64,000 nt of DNA from assembly GCA_031275085.1 (NCBI GenBank), contig JAISPG010000042.1, positions 8,071-72,070 on the forward strand, given 5' to 3'. The notes under the pieces were generated by a model, which worked only from the letters and a program-made list of their open reading frames with translations, did no database searches and was not told the origin of the DNA. Positions 54,665 through 64,000 of this stretch are shown here, one piece after another (positions within the stretch are counted from its first letter, which is position 1; each line of letters starts with the position of its first letter). The position numbers were made by a program, and so were the translations under genes. Origin of the DNA: Bacteroidales bacterium. GTDB taxonomy: Bacteria; Bacteroidota; Bacteroidia; Bacteroidales; ML635J-15.

Positions 54665-56731
54665 TTATTTAACTACCAATTTTTCTACTTGTTCTGTATT
54701 TCCTGTACGAACTTTGATAAAATAAATGCCGGCTGCAGAAGGTGCATTTATTTTTACAAGTGTTTCTGAAGCATTTGTTGTGCTTATAAGAGTTCCCGAA
54801 GTAGAATACATCTCTATAACAACATTTGATAAATCTTCAAAATTTTCATTATTCAGATCAACATATATAATATCGTCTGTATTTACAGGATTTGGATATG
54901 TACTTATTGTATGTTCCGCAGATCTCAGAATTGTAGTTAATGTTGGATGACCACCACATGTACTCATTTTTTCATCGCTGGTTGTCATCATTGTTACATA
55001 ATATCTGTCTGATTCAGTAAGAATATCATTAATACTAGTACCGGCAGAATAGTATTGTTTGGTTTGTCCGTTAAGTTTTGAGTATTCAGCTTCATCAGCA
55101 GTTTTACGATACCATTGGTAACTATCGGCTTTAAATGTCAGGTTACCGTTTTTAGCGGGGTCATTTATTACAGTAAGTGTATTGTTCCAACGTGTAGTAA
55201 CTATTGAGTCAAAAGCAATACATTCGATCAGGTTATCCATTGCATCTTTAAGTGCTTGTACAGCAGCATCTATTTCTGCCTGTGTAGCATCAGGATCGTC
55301 ATATACTTCTACAGCATTTCTGACAGCTTCTTCAAGATCTTTGATACTTCCGTCGTTATATATGTCTTTATCGTTATCAATGATATTTTGTGCGCTGTCC
55401 AGCATTTCGCTAAGTCCTGATTTATCTGTAATATTGAATTTTTTAGTTATATTACCAGTATAATTACCAGTACCCGTAATTGTAACTGTTGCTTCTCCGA
55501 TATTTACATTGTCCTGATAAGCTACAGTATATTCTGTTCCTTCCAGTAAAGTATAAGTTCCGTGTTTTACCACGACACCTGGAGTTATTGCCTGGCCTGT
55601 ATATGCCTGGGTCGGGATATTATCGGCAGTTGTAACGTCCATATCAGCAGCTTCAATAATGAAGTTTGCTGTTGAATTGGTTGCTCCGCAGTATTGGGAG
55701 TTTCCTGTAAATATTGCAATAACTTCATATGTCCCCACGTTTTCGGGCAGAGAACTTAATAGATTATTATTTGAATCATAATATTCATATGTGACCCATG
55801 AATGTTCACCAATATTTTGTCCGTCAAATTGCACATATATAGGAGATATTTGTTTAGGCGTGCGGTCATATGCAACAGTTTCATTAAGAAGTTCTAGAGT
55901 TGTAGCTCCTTTTACCAATATTTCGAAAGTTGCAGTTGTACTACAATCATATGTGTTTTCTACAGTATAATTAATAGTTGCTGTTCCACGGTTTATACCG
56001 CTAACTAATCCGCTATTGCTAACAGTTGCTATTGAAGGATGTAAACTTTCCCAGTTTCCACCTGTAGTTTCATTTGATAATTGGGTTGTTGCATCTTGAC
56101 AAACTTCAGTGTTTCCTGTAATAGAATGAATTGTCGGCAATGGTTTTACAGTTATCCTTGCTGTATCATATGTGATACAGGAATTGAGATTGGTTACCAT
56201 AACAGGATATTCTTCAATATGTAAATCATTTGTAGTGTTTGCAGTTGTTACCGTTAGGTCTTGACCGTTAACATCAGCTTCAAACCAGTAATACGTATGA
56301 TCTCCACCTGTTGCAGTTGCAGTTATTTTTACAACTATATTATGACAAACAGAGTTCTGAATTTCCTCATTATTTTCATAATATTTGAAATTTACTACAG
56401 GAACTGCATGAACAGTAACATCATAATCAAAGTTAGTTCCTCCGTCATAATTAATGTTAATAGTATAACTACCTGCATTTATCCATTTTATTGTTATGGT
56501 ATTATCAGTTAACGAACCTCCTTCTTCAACACTGAAATCAGTATTTAAAGTTCCACCTGTAATATCCCATACATAATTAATATTTCCTGCCTGTGTTTCA
56601 TATTCTTCAGTTGTACCTCCACAGGCAGAAGCAGCTCCGGTAATAGTTTGGGCATCAGACTTTGATCCCATAAAACATAGCATAGTTATTAAACTTAAGC
56701 TAGTTATTAAACTTGTAAATTTTTTATTCAT
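54665..56731 (-). CDS. T9SS type A sorting domain-containing surface protein (multi Ig-like domain)
   Basis: 688 aa with a signal peptide and a Big_2-like segment (IATVSNSGLVSGINRGTATINYTV). It also has repeated Ig-like modules and a C-terminal T9SS sorting domain (YPNPVNTDDIIYVDL...GIYFIKVRTGN...KLVVK). Confidence 0.8.
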   Translation of the reverse strand: MNKKFTSLITSLSLITMLCFMGSKSDAQTITGAASACGGTTEEYETQAGNINYVWDITGGTLNTDFSVEEGGSLTDNTITIKWINAGSYTININYDGGTNFDYDVTVHAVPVVNFKYYENNEEIQNSVCHNIVVKITATATGGDHTYYWFEADVNGQDLTVTTANTTNDLHIEEYPVMVTNLNSCITYDTARITVKPLPTIHSITGNTEVCQDATTQLSNETTGGNWESLHPSIATVSNSGLVSGINRGTATINYTVENTYDCSTTATFEILVKGATTLELLNETVAYDRTPKQISPIYVQFDGQNIGEHSWVTYEYYDSNNNLLSSLPENVGTYEVIAIFTGNSQYCGATNSTANFIIEAADMDVTTADNIPTQAYTGQAITPGVVVKHGTYTLLEGTEYTVAYQDNVNIGEATVTITGTGNYTGNITKKFNITDKSGLSEMLDSAQNIIDNDKDIYNDGSIKDLEEAVRNAVEVYDDPDATQAEIDAAVQALKDAMDNLIECIAFDSIVTTRWNNTLTVINDPAKNGNLTFKADSYQWYRKTADEAEYSKLNGQTKQYYSAGTSINDILTESDRYYVTMMTTSDEKMSTCGGHPTLTTILRSAEHTISTYPNPVNTDDIIYVDLNNENFEDLSNVVIEMYSTSGTLISTTNASETLVKINAPSAAGIYFIKVRTGNTEQVEKLVVK

Positions 56732-56986
56732 AATTACTTTTTTTATAGTTAAAAAATTAGGTTATCACCCCAATAAACACTTAACTGTAGAAAAAGTTTT
56801 TAATTTTATTGACAATTATCTAATAATTCGTTAAAAAAAATATAAAATGCTGTTAATATGTATTTATGTATATTAAATATGTGTTTTATTGCTATTTGTG
56901 TTTTTAAAAGACTTAAGTGGAAAAAAGTGATATAAATTTGGAAAAATTATCTAAATTTATTTTTTGAGAAAAGTTTCTGGGAAATA

Positions 56987-58188
56987 TTATTCCCATAATT
57001 TTAATTGTATATGTGTTTCTTTCGGTTTTTTTGCATTTCCGAAAACAGTTTTACCATCATATTTATAAGAGGTATCCCTTTCTTGTTTTACAAGGTCATC
57101 AAAGTAGTTATTTGGTGTGAAATCTTTTTCTATTGCCTGTGATATTTTACTTAAGTTTTGCAGGGCGGCAGATTTGTCTTTATAGCCTAATTTTGATCGC
57201 GTTATAGCTTTATCAAATATTTCAATTGTTTCGTCGTATACTTTTAATGGTACCGGAAAAGGATGTCCGTCTTTTCCTCCGTGTGCAAATGAAAATCTGG
57301 CCGGATCCGAAAAACGTGAAGAAGTTCCGTGAATTACTTCGCTTACAAGTGTTAATGACTGTAAAGTCCTGGGACCAACTCCTTTAAGTAACAATAATGA
57401 TTCTATATCGGAAATATTAGTTTCATGTGCAAGAATTAATGCGGCACCTAAACGTTTTAGGTTTACATCTTCTGCTTTCACTTCATGATGATTTGGCAGT
57501 ATTATTGAAACTTCCTTCATTAGATTATCAGGATTTATTTTAATAAGTTCAATAATACTTTCTTTTGTATTATTTGCAAATTTATCGGTTAAATTTAAAA
57601 TTAAACCCTGATTCATTCCGCAAACGGAAGTATGAGGTTCTTCAGTAAAAGACTTTAATGAAGAAGAAAGCCAGTGGTATCGCCTGGCCATTCGTTCGTT
57701 TGGGTTCATTCCCTGTTGTATTACAGCCCATTCTCCTTCTTTAGTTACGACAAAAGAATGTAAATAAAGCTGGAACCCGTCTTGTACAGCTGAATTATCT
57801 ACCTTTGCCGATAATTTTTATATACTAATTTATCTCCGTTAAGACCTGTTTTTGATGCGACTTCAAGAAGTTCTGACGGAGTTTGTCTTGAAGATTTACC
57901 TCTTCCTCCGCAAATGTAAACTCCTAATTCTTCTGATTTTTTATTGATGGATTTTTTAAGGGCATTCATTACGGATGTAGTTATTCCTGATGAATGCCAG
58001 TCCATTCCGAGTACGCATCCAAGCGACTGGAACCAGAAAGGATCACTTAATCTTTGTAATAATGCAGAACGTCCGTATTCAATTATTATAGATTCGGCGA
58101 TAGCTCCTCCGAGTAAACTCATTCTTTGAGCTAACCAGGGAGGTACGGTTCCATAATGAAGAGGTAGATCGGCATGTCCGCGTTTCAT
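56987..58188 (-). pseudogene. DUF763 domain protein gene with a frameshift in a homopolymer run
   Basis: ORFs 57799-58188 and 56987-57709 are the N- and C-terminal parts of one DUF763-like protein. The C-terminal frame stays open upstream to KLSAKVDNSAVQDGF... Adding one A to the A5 run (T5 at 57815-57819 on the plus strand) joins the frames into about 400 aa. Confidence 0.75.
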
Positions 58189-58284
58189 TTTACAAAGGTA
58201 ATTTATTAATATGAATTGTTAAATGGGTTAGAAACAGAAACTTGTGGTAAGTTATAGCAGAAAATAAAGTATTTTATGATATAT

Positions 58285-58776
58285 TTATTCTTTTTTTATT
58301 AATGTTAAATATGTGAATGGTGGTTCATGTTCAAGGTGTTCTTCTTTGTCTGTAATTTCCCATTCGTCATAGTTAATTTCCGGGAAAAATACATCAGCAT
58401 CGTAGTTACGATGTACGATTGTAAGATATAGTTTATTTGCTACCGGTAAAAATTCTTTATAGATCATTCCGCCTCCGATAATAAAGTTTTCTCCTGTTTT
58501 ATCGGCAATTGCAATAGCTTCTTCAATATTGCCCACAACTTCAGCTCCCTGAAATAATTTTTTGTAATCTTCAGGGGTACTGGTAATAACGATATTTTTC
58601 CTGTTAGGCAAAGGACGTTTGGGCAGAGACAGGTAGGTATTTCGTCCCATTATTACAGGGTGTCCGGTAGTTATCTCCTTAAATCTTTTCAGGTCTCCTG
58701 AAATATGCCATAATAAATCGTTATTTTTCCCTATTGCATTATTTTCGGCAATTGCTACTATTATAGAGATATTCAT
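58285..58776 (-). CDS. folA: dihydrofolate reductase
   Basis: 163 aa with the DHFR pattern (ISIIVAIAENNAIGKNNDLLW...GRNTY...IGGG). Confidence 0.9.
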   Translation of the reverse strand: MNISIIVAIAENNAIGKNNDLLWHISGDLKRFKEITTGHPVIMGRNTYLSLPKRPLPNRKNIVITSTPEDYKKLFQGAEVVGNIEEAIAIADKTGENFIIGGGMIYKEFLPVANKLYLTIVHRNYDADVFFPEINYDEWEITDKEEHLEHEPPFTYLTLIKKE

Positions 58777-59004
58777 AATATTTTATTTAGTGAAGTTTTC
58801 ATTTGAATTAAATAAAACATCGAATTTATAAAATTATTTTATGACTGAAAATAAAATGATTGTAAATTCATTAAGCAGATAAGTTATTTTGTAATATTAT
58901 TCGCTGAAACATATAATTATTTTATAGTTTTAGCGAGTAATAAAATTTTATTTTCGCTGAAACATATTTTTTTATTATCTTTATCAACGATAAATAAATA
59001 TTTT

Positions 59005-59115
59005 ATGAAAATAATAGGTCGTGTAGAAGAACAAGCAGTCTTGAGAGAATATTCGGAATCCAAAATGCCTGAATTTATTGTTGTTTACGGTCGTAATGAT
59101 TTCTACATATTATAG
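59005..59115 (+). pseudogene. N-terminal remnant (36 codons) of an archaeal-type AAA ATPase gene
   Basis: MKIIGRVEEQAVLREYSESKMPEFIVVYGRNDFYIL-stop matches the start of this ATPase family up to where the Walker A (YGRRRxGKT) should begin. Confidence 0.45.
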
Positions 59116-59322
59116 CATAAAATGTAATGAATGTTTCAATGCTGTACAATCCGCAGTGAGAACAGATGATTTTTTTGCTGATGTAATGTTCTTTGTGTTT
59201 AATGTTAGAGTGGGTTTCGTATCATAAAGATTAAATTTACTACTGAAATTTAATAGAAGCTTCAAACTTGTGCATTGAACTGTTTTGACGCAAGACACGT
59301 GTTTACAATGGTTTCACATCAA

Positions 59323-59652
59323 TTATCTTATTGTTACTTGTTTTACTTTCTCGTTTTCAAAATCAATGTCCATTACTTCAACCGCTTTTTCCGTCGCAAA
59401 AGAATTTGGAATTAAAATTATGAACATCCATGAGTTGTCTGAATATTTAAATTTTTTAATATTCACTGTGTCAAGCAAATCAATAACTTCCGTTTTAGTT
59501 TTGTCTAATAGTATTTCACTTTCAACAAGGTCGTTAAGCATATAAAATTGCTTGTCTATGTTAGTCTTCCATTTTTCAGAATTGAATTTTTTGTCTGAGC
59601 AACCAAACAATAAAAGCAAACCCAATGAATAAAATATTGCCTTATTTTTCAT
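59323..59652 (-). CDS. hypothetical small lipoprotein
   Basis: 109 aa with a lipoprotein signal (LGLLLLFGCS). Confidence 0.55.
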   Translation of the reverse strand: MKNKAIFYSLGLLLLFGCSDKKFNSEKWKTNIDKQFYMLNDLVESEILLDKTKTEVIDLLDTVNIKKFKYSDNSWMFIILIPNSFATEKAVEVMDIDFENEKVKQVTIR

Positions 59653-59907
59653 TAGTCAAATTATGTGTTGTCAATGATAACCAAAGATAAAATAAAGTCT
59701 AATGAAATTCAAGGTTATTCTTGAATTTTGCCTTAAAGATTAGTATTGCCGTTATAAGCACCAGATTAATAGAAAAAGAAACTGGTAAAATCAAAATCTG
59801 TAACTAAAAACTCTACCTGTTGATTCTATTTTCAGGAAACTAAAATGGCAAAAAAATAAATATTTGCCATTTTTTTGCAAACTTTACTTGTGGTAATTAG
59901 TTCAAAT

Positions 59908-60702
59908 TTATACCGCTACAATTCCTTTAATATGTGGATGAGGGTCATAATTTATTAACTCAAAATCTTCGTATTTAAAATCAAATATACTTTTTACTTC
60001 CGGATTAATTTTCATTTGAGGCAGTTTTCGGGGTTCCCTGCTTAACTGTAGTCCGACCTGTTCTAAATGATTAAGATAGATATGTACATCTCCGAATGTA
60101 TGTATAAATTCACCCGGTTTGTATCCTGTTACATGTGCAACCATCATTGTTAATAATGCATATGATGCGATATTGAACGGAACTCCAAGAAACAGGTCTG
60201 CACTTCGCTGATACAGTTGACATGATAATTTCCCATCGGAGATATAAAACTGGAATAAGGTATGGCAAGGCGGAAGAGCCATTTTGTCGACATCGGCAAC
60301 ATTCCATGCACTTACAATAAGACGTCTGGAATCAGGTGTGTTCTTTATAGACGTGATTAAGTTACTGATCTGGTCGATATGTTCTCCATCCGGAGCAGGC
60401 CATGAGCGCCATTGATAGCCATATACATGTCCCAGATCTCCGTTTTCGTCTGCCCATTCATTCCAGATCCTTACTCCGTTATCATTCAGATACCTGATAT
60501 TTGTATCACCTTTCAGGAACCATAATAATTCATAAATAATTGATCTCAGATGCAACTTTTTGGTAGTAAGACATGGAAATCCTTCCTGAAGGTCAAATCT
60601 CATTTGATATCCGAATATACTGGTTGTTCCAATGCCGGTTCTGTCATTTTTTACAGTTCCGTTTTCTTTTACATGTTTTAATAAATCCAAATATTGCTGC
60701 AT
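59908..60702 (-). CDS. thyA: thymidylate synthase
   Basis: 264 aa with ThyA motifs (DRTGIGT, the active-site region [12 protein letters not shown], and DVHIYLNH). Confidence 0.95.
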   Translation of the reverse strand: MQQYLDLLKHVKENGTVKNDRTGIGTTSIFGYQMRFDLQEGFPCLTTKKLHLRSIIYELLWFLKGDTNIRYLNDNGVRIWNEWADENGDLGHVYGYQWRSWPAPDGEHIDQISNLITSIKNTPDSRRLIVSAWNVADVDKMALPPCHTLFQFYISDGKLSCQLYQRSADLFLGVPFNIASYALLTMMVAHVTGYKPGEFIHTFGDVHIYLNHLEQVGLQLSREPRKLPQMKINPEVKSIFDFKYEDFELINYDPHPHIKGIVAV

Positions 60703-60715
60703 ATGAAATAGTAAA

Positions 60716-61330
60716 TTAAAAAGGTGATGATTCGTCTTTTTCCCTGTGGCCTAATTCGTCCCTTATTAATGAAGCCGTTTCATAGTCTTCATTTTTTATT
60801 GATTCTTCCATTAAAAGTTTGAGTTCTGTCGTAGATAGATGAGAAAAATTTGATTTTTCTTTTTTTCTATATTCTTCTTTTTCCTGATCAAAGTCATTGA
60901 TCTCTTGTCCTTCATCCTTAATATCCAATACTATTCCTGATTTTTCGACAATTTCCGGAATAGTATATATAGGGCAGTTAAACCGTAATGCAAGGGAAAT
61001 TGCATCTGAAGTTCTGGATTCGAGTTCTTTTATTTCCCCGTCTTTTTCAAAATATAAACGTGAATAAAATATTCCTTCTTCCAGTTTATATATTAATACT
61101 TCTTTTAAAATAATTCCGAATACTTCGGCAAAATTACGGAAAATATCATGTGTTAACGGACGTGGAGGTTTTAATTTTTCAAGTTCTATTGCTATGGATT
61201 GGGCTTCGAAACCACCTATTATTATAGGAATCCTCTGGCTGTTATTTTCAATAGATAGAATTAAAGCGTAGGCTCCGGCTTGTGTTTGACTATAGGTCAA
61301 TCCAAAAACCTCCAATTTGATCTTTTCCAT
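60716..61330 (-). CDS. bifunctional nuclease (DUF151) family protein with a C-terminal UVR motif
   Basis: 204 aa with a DUF151-like N-terminal domain ([17 protein letters not shown]...RPLTHD) and a UvrB/C-like motif ([13 protein letters not shown]). Confidence 0.7.
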   Translation of the reverse strand: MEKIKLEVFGLTYSQTQAGAYALILSIENNSQRIPIIIGGFEAQSIAIELEKLKPPRPLTHDIFRNFAEVFGIILKEVLIYKLEEGIFYSRLYFEKDGEIKELESRTSDAISLALRFNCPIYTIPEIVEKSGIVLDIKDEGQEINDFDQEKEEYRKKEKSNFSHLSTTELKLLMEESIKNEDYETASLIRDELGHREKDESSPF

Positions 61331-61451
61331 GGCTTTTTTTTACAAAATTACAAAATTTATGTTTAAATCTGAAACTATTCATTATTGTAGATTTCAAATT
61401 CATTTGGTACCTGGCTTAGTTCGTTAAGTATTCTTTTTCCAGGAGTATTTT

Positions 61452-63398
61452 TTATTTATTCTCATTAAAATTTTCCATTTCTTTACAAACATTTTCCCAG
61501 TCTTGTATTTTTTGCTCCAACTCATTATGTAACTTTGATGACATATTATACAGGCCTTCCAATTTTGAGGCATCCATACTTTCAGGTTTTGCAAGCAAAT
61601 TGTTTATTGTAGATATTTCTTTTTCAAGTTTTTCGATTTCTGCTTCAAATTTTTCTATTTTATTTTGAATACTTCGTCTTTTCTTTTCCTGTTCTTTACG
61701 TTCAAGATATGATTGTTTGTTGTCGGCTTTTTTTTCTTTACTTTCTGATGAAATTGTTTTTTCTTTATGTTCTAATTCTTTTAAATTTTCGAGTTTTCGT
61801 TTTCTTAAGAATTCATAAATCCCCCCAATGTGCTGACGTATTTTTTTATCTTTGAATTCGTAAACTTTGTCCACAAGTCCGTCTAAAAAATATCTGTCGT
61901 GAGAAACCAGTATTAATGTTCCGTCAAACTTTTGAAGTGCTTGTTTCAAAATATCTTTGGAGCGTATATCAAGGTGATTTGTAGGTTCGTCTAATACTAA
62001 TAAATTATATGGTTCGAGCAATAATTTTGCAAGTGATAATCTTGAGTGCTCTCCTCCTGAAAGAACTTTTACTTTTTTATCAATATCTTCGCCTGAGAAT
62101 AGAAATGAACCTAATATATCTCTGATTTTTGTTCTTATATCGCCTACGGCAACCTTATCAAGTGTCTCAAATACAGTTAATTCAGGATCTAATAATTCAT
62201 CCTGGTTTTGAGCGAAATATCCTGTTTTTACATTATGTCCTATCTTCAAATTACCTGAATATTCCAATTCTCCAATTATTATTCTGGATAGTGTCGTTTT
62301 TCCTTCTCCGTTTCTTCCGACAAAAGCAACTTTTTCACCTCTTTCAATAGTCAGGTCAATATCATTCAGTACATTATGTTTTCCATAATTTTTGGTTAAT
62401 TCTTTTGCTTCAACGACAATATCTCCGGTTCTTGGGGCAGGAGGGAATTTTATATTCATTGACGAGTTATCAAGATCGTCTATTTCTACACGTTCAAGTT
62501 TTTCAAGTTGTTTTATTCTTGACTGTACCTGATTGGCTTTTGTAGCTTTGTAACGAAACCTGTCAATGAATTTTTCCGTATCGTTAATTAGTTTCTGTTG
62601 ATTTTCATAAGCTGCAAGTTGTTGTTGCAATCGTTCTTCCTGTAAAATTTTAAATTTGGAATAAGAAACTTTATAATCGTATATTTTTCCAAGGTTTATT
62701 TCAATTGTTCTGTTTGTAACATTGTCAAGAAAAGCTCTGTCATGTGAAATAACCAGAACAGCACCTTTATATGTTTCCATAAATTCTTCCAGCCACTGGA
62801 TAGCTTCTATATCAAGGTGGTTTGTAGGTTCATCAAGTAGTATTATATCCGGATTCCTCAGTAGAATTTTTGCTAATTCTATACGCATTCTACAACCTCC
62901 ACTGAATTCTGATAATTTCCTGTTCATGTCGGTTCTGGAAAAACCTAATCCTTTTAGTACTTTTTCAATATCGGCTTCGATGCTTATTGCACCTGATATT
63001 TGTAGTACTGAACTCAGGTCAGTTAATTTTTCCACCAGTTTTGAGTATTCATCGCTTGTATAATCGGTTATTTCACCTATTTTATGATTAATTGCTTCTA
63101 TCTGGTCATGAATATCAAAGATTTCTTTGAAAGCATTTTTTGTTTCTTCAAAAACAGAAACATCTTCATTGGGTAATACCATTTGTTGCGGAAGGTATCC
63201 TATTGTTACATCCGATGGTAAAGAAACATTTCCTTCAGTAGGGGATACTTTACCGCATATAACTTTTAAAAGAGTTGACTTTCCAGCTCCGTTTTTCCCT
63301 ACAAGACCAATTCGATCCCGTTTATTTATCATAAATCCGATACCGGAAAATAACTCAAATCCTCCGAAACGGATACATAAATTATTTAATGAAACCAT
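61452..63398 (-). CDS. ABC-F family ATPase (two ABC domains, C-terminal coiled coil)
   Basis: 648 aa with two Walker A motifs (GKNGAGKST, GRNGEGKTT), two signature motifs (FSGGCRMR, LSGGEHSR) and no TM domain. Confidence 0.9.
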   Translation of the reverse strand: MVSLNNLCIRFGGFELFSGIGFMINKRDRIGLVGKNGAGKSTLLKVICGKVSPTEGNVSLPSDVTIGYLPQQMVLPNEDVSVFEETKNAFKEIFDIHDQIEAINHKIGEITDYTSDEYSKLVEKLTDLSSVLQISGAISIEADIEKVLKGLGFSRTDMNRKLSEFSGGCRMRIELAKILLRNPDIILLDEPTNHLDIEAIQWLEEFMETYKGAVLVISHDRAFLDNVTNRTIEINLGKIYDYKVSYSKFKILQEERLQQQLAAYENQQKLINDTEKFIDRFRYKATKANQVQSRIKQLEKLERVEIDDLDNSSMNIKFPPAPRTGDIVVEAKELTKNYGKHNVLNDIDLTIERGEKVAFVGRNGEGKTTLSRIIIGELEYSGNLKIGHNVKTGYFAQNQDELLDPELTVFETLDKVAVGDIRTKIRDILGSFLFSGEDIDKKVKVLSGGEHSRLSLAKLLLEPYNLLVLDEPTNHLDIRSKDILKQALQKFDGTLILVSHDRYFLDGLVDKVYEFKDKKIRQHIGGIYEFLRKRKLENLKELEHKEKTISSESKEKKADNKQSYLERKEQEKKRRSIQNKIEKFEAEIEKLEKEISTINNLLAKPESMDASKLEGLYNMSSKLHNELEQKIQDWENVCKEMENFNENK

Positions 63399-63502
63399 TT
63401 TTTTTAAGTTAAGAACTGTGAGTTGAAAGCTAAGAGTTTAAAAAAATAAGAACTAAGAGTAAAGTACCTAACTTTTAACTTTTAGTTCTTGACTCTTTAC
63501 TT

Positions 63503-64000
63503 TTAACTCATCATTTTCATTTCTATAGCATTTTCATATTTTTCTTTTTCGTCTGTTATAAAGCCGAATGAAATATCATCAATTCTTAGTTCTCCTTTAG
63601 TGACATGTCCTAAGGTGGAAAATGGGAAGTTATTTGCGAGCATAAAATCTACGAAATCCGGTTCTTTTTCAATCGGTACAGATACAACAACTCTGCCCTG
63701 TGATTCTCCGAAAAGGAATGCATCTGTTCTTATTTCCGCATCTGTGGTTATATCAAAACCAAGGTTATTAGGCATGGATGATTCCAGCAGTGTAATGTAT
63801 AACCCTCCGTCGGAAACATCATGCATTGAATTTACCAGATTTTTTTCTGCCAACTGTTGTAATATTTTAACTAAATTTACTTCAAAGTCAATATTAAATT
63901 CAGGGGCAGGAGAATTTTTTACCTTATGATATGAATACAAATATTCAGATGAAGAAATATCATTGGTTGATTTACCCAAAAGATAAATCATATCTCCTTT
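63503..64000 (-). CDS. purL: phosphoribosylformylglycinamidine synthase PurL, C-terminal part (truncated by the window edge)
   Basis: The sequence is AIRS_C-like (HDVSDGGLYITLLES...FGESQGRVVV). The reading frame stays open to position 64000. Confidence 0.6.
   Translation of the reverse strand, partial: KGDMIYLLGKSTNDISSSEYLYSYHKVKNSPAPEFNIDFEVNLVKILQQLAEKNLVNSMHDVSDGGLYITLLESSMPNNLGFDITTDAEIRTDAFLFGESQGRVVVSVPIEKEPDFVDFMLANNFPFSTLGHVTKGELRIDDISFGFITDEKEKYENAIEMKMMS

Noticed and set aside
59110-59298. A 62-aa minus-strand ORF lies between the ATPase stump and the lipoprotein gene.
   Set aside because: It has no recognisable motif, signal or ribosome-binding context, it overlaps the end of the plus-strand stump, and its composition looks like non-coding spacer.

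Overview
This is an AT-rich chromosomal window that looks like Bacteroidota. The markers are a T9SS C-terminal sorting-domain cargo protein, the EBP-LptE-SecG and RsfS-FtsH-CdsA gene orders, tandem TonB paralogues and double-FtsX (MacB-type) permeases. About 1-29.7 kb and 53-64 kb hold ordinary housekeeping genes (msrA, rlmN, recX, hflX, ftsH, cdsA, secG, lptE, folA, thyA, an ABC-F protein, a purL fragment, peptidases and an OmpA-family protein). The centre (29.9-53 kb) is a tripartite export locus: one TolC-like protein, one HlyD-type adaptor, five diverged 771-805-aa FtsX permeases and a single ABC ATPase. It is split into four transcription units. Each unit is preceded by the same composite module: a paired TGTAAAAT-N-ATTTTACA dyad, then a -24/-12 (sigma-54-type) element at a fixed 63-64 bp. 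The intergenic gaps of this locus carry accessory DNA. This includes a RAYT/IS200-like gene flanked by inverted REP hairpins, three nucleotidyltransferase-fold toxin-antitoxin modules (DUF6922 + short AbiEii-like, AbiEi/AbiEii, and HEPN/MNT with the HEPN gene broken by one in-frame TAG), a DUF4143 AAA ATPase preceded by 3 x 33-bp tandem repeats, and a MITE-like inverted-repeat element. Other decay marks are a frameshifted DUF763 gene and two ATPase gene remnants. I found no rRNA, tRNA or CRISPR array. All functional calls come from reading motifs and recalling families by eye; no database search was run.
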